Assembly (NCBI GenBank): GCA_038740245.1
Contig: JAVYLZ010000025.1
Span: forward strand, 1-10,016
DNA: 10,016 bases
Direction of reading: 5' to 3'
Origin: Candidatus Micrarchaeia archaeon
Lineage (GTDB): Archaea; Micrarchaeota; Micrarchaeia; CAILAH01
The notes under the pieces are model-generated. The model was not told where the DNA came from. It did no database searches and saw only the letters and a program-made list of their open reading frames with translations. The stretch's first letter is position 1, and each line of letters starts with the position of its first letter. This document shows positions 6,446-10,016 of the stretch, piece by piece. The translations under genes and the position numbers were made by a program.

Positions 6446-6596
6446 TGCATAGGATATCCTACTGTACCTGAAAGCCAGCGGGTTCGGGCAGCAATAGCAG
6501 GCCGGTGCGTGCCGGTGGCGCCATGCCCGCCGAAGGGCTGTTTTGTGCGAGTGTCTGGCAGCATGCCTTGCTTGCCGGGATTTTGGGGGGATTATT

Positions 6597-7343
6597 ATGG
6601 CGAGGGTGTCCAAGCGCAAGAGGCCTCCGCGGGATGTGAAGGTGTTCAAGGAGCAGCTTAAGGTTGAAAGCTCGGTTTTTGACAGGTTTACACTTAGGGA
6701 CATTTACTCGCTTATGGCAAGCGGCATCATAATGACGCTTGATTTCCCGATAAAGAAGGGCAAGGAGTCCATCGTTTTCCGCGCCACGCCACCGCCGGAG
6801 TATCCCGCCGATTTCCTTGCAGTGAAGGTGTATATGGTTGAGACCAGCGATTTCGTGCATATGACAAAGTATATAGCAGATGACCCGCGCTTTAGGGTGC
6901 GGAGCAACAAGCGCAAGCTTATCCATGAATGGGTGAAAAAGGAATACCGCAATCTGCTCCTGTGCGAGAAAATGGGCGTATCAGTGCCGCATCCCCATGC
7001 ATTCAGGGGCAACGTGCTTGTGATGGACTTTATAGGGGAGGACGGTGCGCCCGCAAAAACGCTTAAGGAGAGGGGACCCGCAAACCCGCAGGAAGAGTAT
7101 GATTTTCTTATGGGGGAGATACGCAGGATGCACAAGAATGGCTTTGTGCACGCCGACCTGAGCGAGTATAACATCCTGTGCGGGCCGGACGGACGGCTGG
7201 TGCTCATAGACCTTGCACAGGGCGTCCTTAAAGGGCACCCCCATTATGACGAGTGGCTGAGGCGCGACGTGGCAAATATTTCTAAATACTATCGTGCCTA
7301 CGGTGTAACTTCCGACGTAAGCTGGCTGGAAGGGGAGCATTAA
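6597..7343 (+). CDS. rio1: RIO1-family atypical Ser/Thr kinase/ATPase, ~248 aa
   Basis: P-loop 'KKGKESIVF', 'AVKVY', 'WVKKEYRNL', 'NVLVMDFIG', catalytic 'HADLSEYNIL' and 'IDLAQ'. It follows aIF-1A as is common in archaea. Start set at ATG 6597. Confidence 0.94.
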   Translation: MARVSKRKRPPRDVKVFKEQLKVESSVFDRFTLRDIYSLMASGIIMTLDFPIKKGKESIVFRATPPPEYPADFLAVKVYMVETSDFVHMTKYIADDPRFRVRSNKRKLIHEWVKKEYRNLLLCEKMGVSVPHPHAFRGNVLVMDFIGEDGAPAKTLKERGPANPQEEYDFLMGEIRRMHKNGFVHADLSEYNILCGPDGRLVLIDLAQGVLKGHPHYDEWLRRDVANISKYYRAYGVTSDVSWLEGEH

Positions 7344-7395
7344 GCTTATATTATTTCGCTCCAAATGCTCTGTGCTTGAAGCCCCTGAGGGAAAT

Positions 7396-7427
7396 GTATA
7401 TAAAGGGGGAAGCATAAATTTATATAC
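7396..7427. promoter_or_regulatory. Inverted pair of TATA-like elements (GTATATAAA ... TTTATATAC) upstream of tfe
   Basis: Perfect 9-bp arms at 7396-7404 and 7419-7427 with a 14-nt spacer. The left arm is preceded by GAAA (BRE-like), and an SD-like AGGTGG lies at 7430-7435. Confidence 0.55.
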
Positions 7428-7440
7428 GCAGGTGGCACTT

Positions 7441-7884
7441 ATGGCAACACTAAACTACATCACAAAGGATATTGACATTAAAAACAAGGCAGTGCTGCAT
7501 TTTGGCGAGCTGTTCATAGTAATCGCGCCATTCCTCAGGAAGCCGGTGTCAGCGGAGTTCATATCAAAGCAGATAAAGGTCAAGCCGTCGCGGATAAGGG
7601 CGGTCCTGAATAAGCTGTACAACCACAACCTCATTGACTACAAGAGGAGCTTTGACGATGATACGGGCAAGTATACCTACATATGGACCCTTAACCATGA
7701 CAAGCTCAAGACGTTCCTTAAGAATTACGAGTTTGACGTTGCATCAGAGAAGAGTGTTGAGGAAAGCGATTGCGATGCCCCGTTCAGGTGCCGCGGATGC
7801 AATGAGGCCTACTCCTTTGATTCCGCCACTGATGCAGCATTCAAGTGCGTCAGGTGCGGCTCAACCATAGATTCAGCAGAATAA
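7441..7884 (+). CDS. tfe: Transcription factor E alpha subunit (TFE/TFIIE-alpha), ~147 aa
   Basis: Winged-helix region 'SAEFISKQIKVKPSRIRAVLNKLYNHNLIDYKRSFDDDTGKYTYIW' plus Zn ribbon 'FRCRGC...YSFDSATDAAFKCVRCGS'. ATG 7441 follows AGGTGG. Confidence 0.88.
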   Translation: MATLNYITKDIDIKNKAVLHFGELFIVIAPFLRKPVSAEFISKQIKVKPSRIRAVLNKLYNHNLIDYKRSFDDDTGKYTYIWTLNHDKLKTFLKNYEFDVASEKSVEESDCDAPFRCRGCNEAYSFDSATDAAFKCVRCGSTIDSAE

Positions 7885-7887
7885 GAG

Positions 7888-8009
7888 TGGACTCACGGGG
7901 ATTCGAACCCCGAGTCTCTGCCTTATCCGTTTTTTGTGCATCTCAGGCGCTTGCGGGCATGGCCCGCACGAATTGCGAAGGCAGCGTCGTACCATTGGAC
8001 TATGAGCCC
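7888..8009 (-). tRNA. tRNA-Ala(CGC) with a 50-nt intron at position 37/38 (intron 7924..7973); CCA not encoded
   Basis: Minus strand: GGGCTCA TA GTCCAATGGTACGAC G CTGCC TT CGC A [intron] A GGCAG AGACT CGGGG TTCGAAT CCCCG TGAGTCC A. It has the G3:U70 pair and A73 (Ala identity elements). BHB motif: UUCG/CGGA central helix with CA^A and UA^A bulges. Confidence 0.95.
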
Positions 8010-8030
8010 ACGGCATATTTCAGCTATCTA

Positions 8031-8049
8031 TAATTAAATAACTTTTTGC
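8031..8049 (-). promoter_or_regulatory. BRE/TATA promoter of tRNA-Ala
   Basis: The minus strand reads GCAAAAAGTTATTTAATTA, with the TATA-like part about 22-29 nt upstream of tRNA G1 (8009). Confidence 0.6.
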
Positions 8050-8067
8050 ACTTGCTGCTCCTGCCGC

Positions 8068-9474
8068 CTACTGTCCCCTTGCAACGCGCGCCCGCATTTT
8101 TGCGTACGTGTGCGCCTTGCTTATTGAGATTACAGCATCCTCCGGCGACTCATATGCGGGTATGCAGTATGACTCAAGTATGCTCAGCTGCAGCTTTGTG
8201 TATTTCCCGCCCGTGGCGACCGCCACAAGCGTCTTATCCGTGCTGTTGGCCGCACTTATAACTTCATTAACCACTTCAGCACCCAGGCCCGCGGTCTGGA
8301 ACAGCGTAATAACCACGATTGCATCAACATCCGGCTCGCTTATTGCGTGCTGCAGCGCAATCCTGTACCGCGAGCTGTCGGCATCCCCCGTAAGGTCCAG
8401 CGGGTTCCCGACAACCACATGCTTTGGGAATATTCTTTTCATTTTTGCAATTGTCTCTTTTGAAAGCGATGCGAGGCGCATCCCAGAGCGCTCTATGGCA
8501 TCCACCGTAAGCACGCCGTCCCCGCCGCCGTTTGTTATTACAAGCACCTTGTTGCCCCGCGGCAGCGGCTGCATGAATATCTTTGATAGGTTAAAGAAGT
8601 CCTCAAGGTTGTCCGCCTCAACCGCACCGGCCTGCCGCAGCATTGCGCTGAACACCTCGTAATTGCCAGCAAGCGAGCCCGTGTGCGATTTGGTGGCCGC
8701 GGCTGCAAGCGACCCACGCCCCGCCTTGAGCACAACAACCGGCTTTACGGGCGTGGTCTTGCGCAGCTCCTCGTAAAACTTGCGCCCGTTCGCAACACCC
8801 TCAATGTACATCACTATTACCTTAGTTTCGCTGTCGTCGCGCAGGTAGCCCAGCAGGTCGCTTTCATCAAGCACGGCGGCGTTGCCGTAGGATATGAACT
8901 TGGATATCCCGATGTTGGATTCGCCTATAAGGTCAAGCACAGTTGACCCCACCGCACCGCTTTGCGTTATGAAGCTTATGCCGCCCAGCTGCGGCCTTGT
9001 GAGCTTGTAACTTGGGAGAAATATGCTGTCAAGGTGCCTGTTTGCGTTTACTATGCCCAGGCAGTTCGGCCCTATGACTGCAATGCCGTGCTTTTCTGCA
9101 ATGCGCTTCAGCTCCTCTTCAAGCGCATACTCGCCAATCTCCTTGAACCCGCCGCTTACAACCACCGCACCGCGTATCCCCTTTTTGCCGCACTCCTCAA
9201 GTATCCCGTTGACGTATTTTGCGGGCACCGAGATTATGGCACAATCAACCCTCTGCCGTATCTCGCTGACGCTTTTATAGCACTTTACACCAAGTATCTC
9301 ATCTGCGTGCGGGTTCACGGCGTAAAGCCTGCCGGCATACCCGTTGATAAGCAGGTTCTTGAGTATTGCATGGCCGACTTTTGACGGGTCGCGTGAGGCA
9401 CCAACCACAACGATGCTTTCTGGCTCAAGCACAGCCCTTATGTTTTGTTGCGGAGTAGCATTCCTTTTTGGCAT
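8068..9474 (-). CDS. acdA: ADP-forming acyl-/acetyl-CoA synthetase alpha subunit, 468 aa
   Basis: CoA-binding 'SIVVVGASRDPSKVG', 'GPNCLG', 'ITQSGA', 'SYGN', phospho-His motif 'KSHTGSLAG', 'ITNGGG', 'NPLDLTGDA'. AGGTGA SD overlaps the beta-subunit stop. Confidence 0.95.
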   Translation of the reverse strand: MPKRNATPQQNIRAVLEPESIVVVGASRDPSKVGHAILKNLLINGYAGRLYAVNPHADEILGVKCYKSVSEIRQRVDCAIISVPAKYVNGILEECGKKGIRGAVVVSGGFKEIGEYALEEELKRIAEKHGIAVIGPNCLGIVNANRHLDSIFLPSYKLTRPQLGGISFITQSGAVGSTVLDLIGESNIGISKFISYGNAAVLDESDLLGYLRDDSETKVIVMYIEGVANGRKFYEELRKTTPVKPVVVLKAGRGSLAAAATKSHTGSLAGNYEVFSAMLRQAGAVEADNLEDFFNLSKIFMQPLPRGNKVLVITNGGGDGVLTVDAIERSGMRLASLSKETIAKMKRIFPKHVVVGNPLDLTGDADSSRYRIALQHAISEPDVDAIVVITLFQTAGLGAEVVNEVISAANSTDKTLVAVATGGKYTKLQLSILESYCIPAYESPEDAVISISKAHTYAKMRARVARGQ

Positions 9475-9478
9475 TGCA

Positions 9479-10016
9479 TCACCTTATCACGCGCACGTCA
9501 ACAGCGCAGTATGAGTTTGGGTAGAGTATGACCGGGTTCAGGTCTATCTCGCGTATGCTGGCATCCCTGTGCAGCGCCGTGCATACCTTTTTCATAATCC
9601 CGGCAACCATTTCCTTGCTTATCTTTGGAGAGCCGCGGAAGCCATCAAGCAGCCTGCCCGCGCGCGTCTCCTCAATCATCTCAAGCGCATCCCCGGTTGA
9701 GAGCGGGCACAGCCGCACCGAGAAATCCCTGTAAAGCTCTACGTAAACGCCGCCCATCCCGAACAGCACCACATCACCGAACTGGGGATCCCTCTTGCCG
9801 CCTATTATAACCTCAATGCCCTTTTCAGCCTGCTCCTGTATTATGAACCCCTCCGGCCGTATGCCCGCTGAAATTAGGCGGTTGCGCATCCTTCTCATTT
9901 CAAGCTCCACGCCGGCCTTGTCAACATTTTTCTTGATTGCGCCCAAATCTGTCTTGTGCACTATCTTTTCGCCAAAAGCCTTTATGACGTATTTTTTTGC
10001 GGGGAACAGCACCAGC
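9479..10016 (-). CDS. acdB: ADP-forming acyl-/acetyl-CoA synthetase beta subunit (ATP-grasp), 5'-truncated by the window edge
   Basis: 'IVHKTDLG', 'EVIIGGKRDPQFG..VLFGMGGVYVELYRD', 'LLDGFRG', 'IREIDLNP', 'AVDVR'. It lies directly upstream of the alpha subunit and the frame is open to the window end. Confidence 0.92.
   Translation of the reverse strand, partial: LVLFPAKKYVIKAFGEKIVHKTDLGAIKKNVDKAGVELEMRRMRNRLISAGIRPEGFIIQEQAEKGIEVIIGGKRDPQFGDVVLFGMGGVYVELYRDFSVRLCPLSTGDALEMIEETRAGRLLDGFRGSPKISKEMVAGIMKKVCTALHRDASIREIDLNPVILYPNSYCAVDVRVIR

Noticed and set aside
6446..6660. Stop-codon read-through extension of aIF-1A (the frame stays open for about 70 codons after TAA)
   Set aside because: aIF-1A is complete at its normal C-terminus, the stop is TAA, and the extension is not protein-like and runs out of frame into rio1.
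1295..7440. ORF-track starts at 1295, 3572, 5616, 5646, 6543 and 7372
   Set aside because: Each overlaps a promoter element or an upstream gene, or adds non-homologous sequence. The downstream ATGs (1316, 3677, 5595, 5658, 6597, 7441) fit TATA/SD spacing or family boundaries better.
7845..8033. 62-aa plus-strand ORF
   Set aside because: It is antisense to the intron-containing tRNA-Ala and is spurious.
1..10016. CRISPR array, rRNA, SRP or RNase P RNA
   Set aside because: No regularly spaced direct repeats and no recognisable conserved motifs were seen. The intergenic spaces are too short.

Overview
Archaeal genomic DNA. The evidence is archaeal informational genes, TATA-box promoters with apparently leaderless starts, and a BHB-intron tRNA. 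A DPANN/Micrarchaeota-like origin is my guess from the short, divergent proteins and is not established. Most of the window is housekeeping: a GT4 glycosyltransferase, FAD synthase RibL, a DUF5320 microprotein missed by the ORF track, a DUF134 protein, Cbf5, aIF-2beta, aIF-1A, Rio1, TFE-alpha, tRNA-Ala(CGC) with a 50-nt intron, and ADP-forming acyl-CoA synthetase alpha and beta subunits. The stand-out is a two-gene unit at 1316..3672. The first gene encodes a ~606-aa protein with two tandem GGDEF-like (palm) domains: one retains the catalytic D...N...GD...GGDE signature and the other retains only the nucleotide-binding N-x-x-G-H-x-x-x-D motif. It also has a pre-toxin-like N-terminus and is translationally coupled to an unknown 179-aa protein that looks helical. 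This is a candidate undescribed archaeal nucleotide-signalling or toxin/immunity system, identified by motif reading only.
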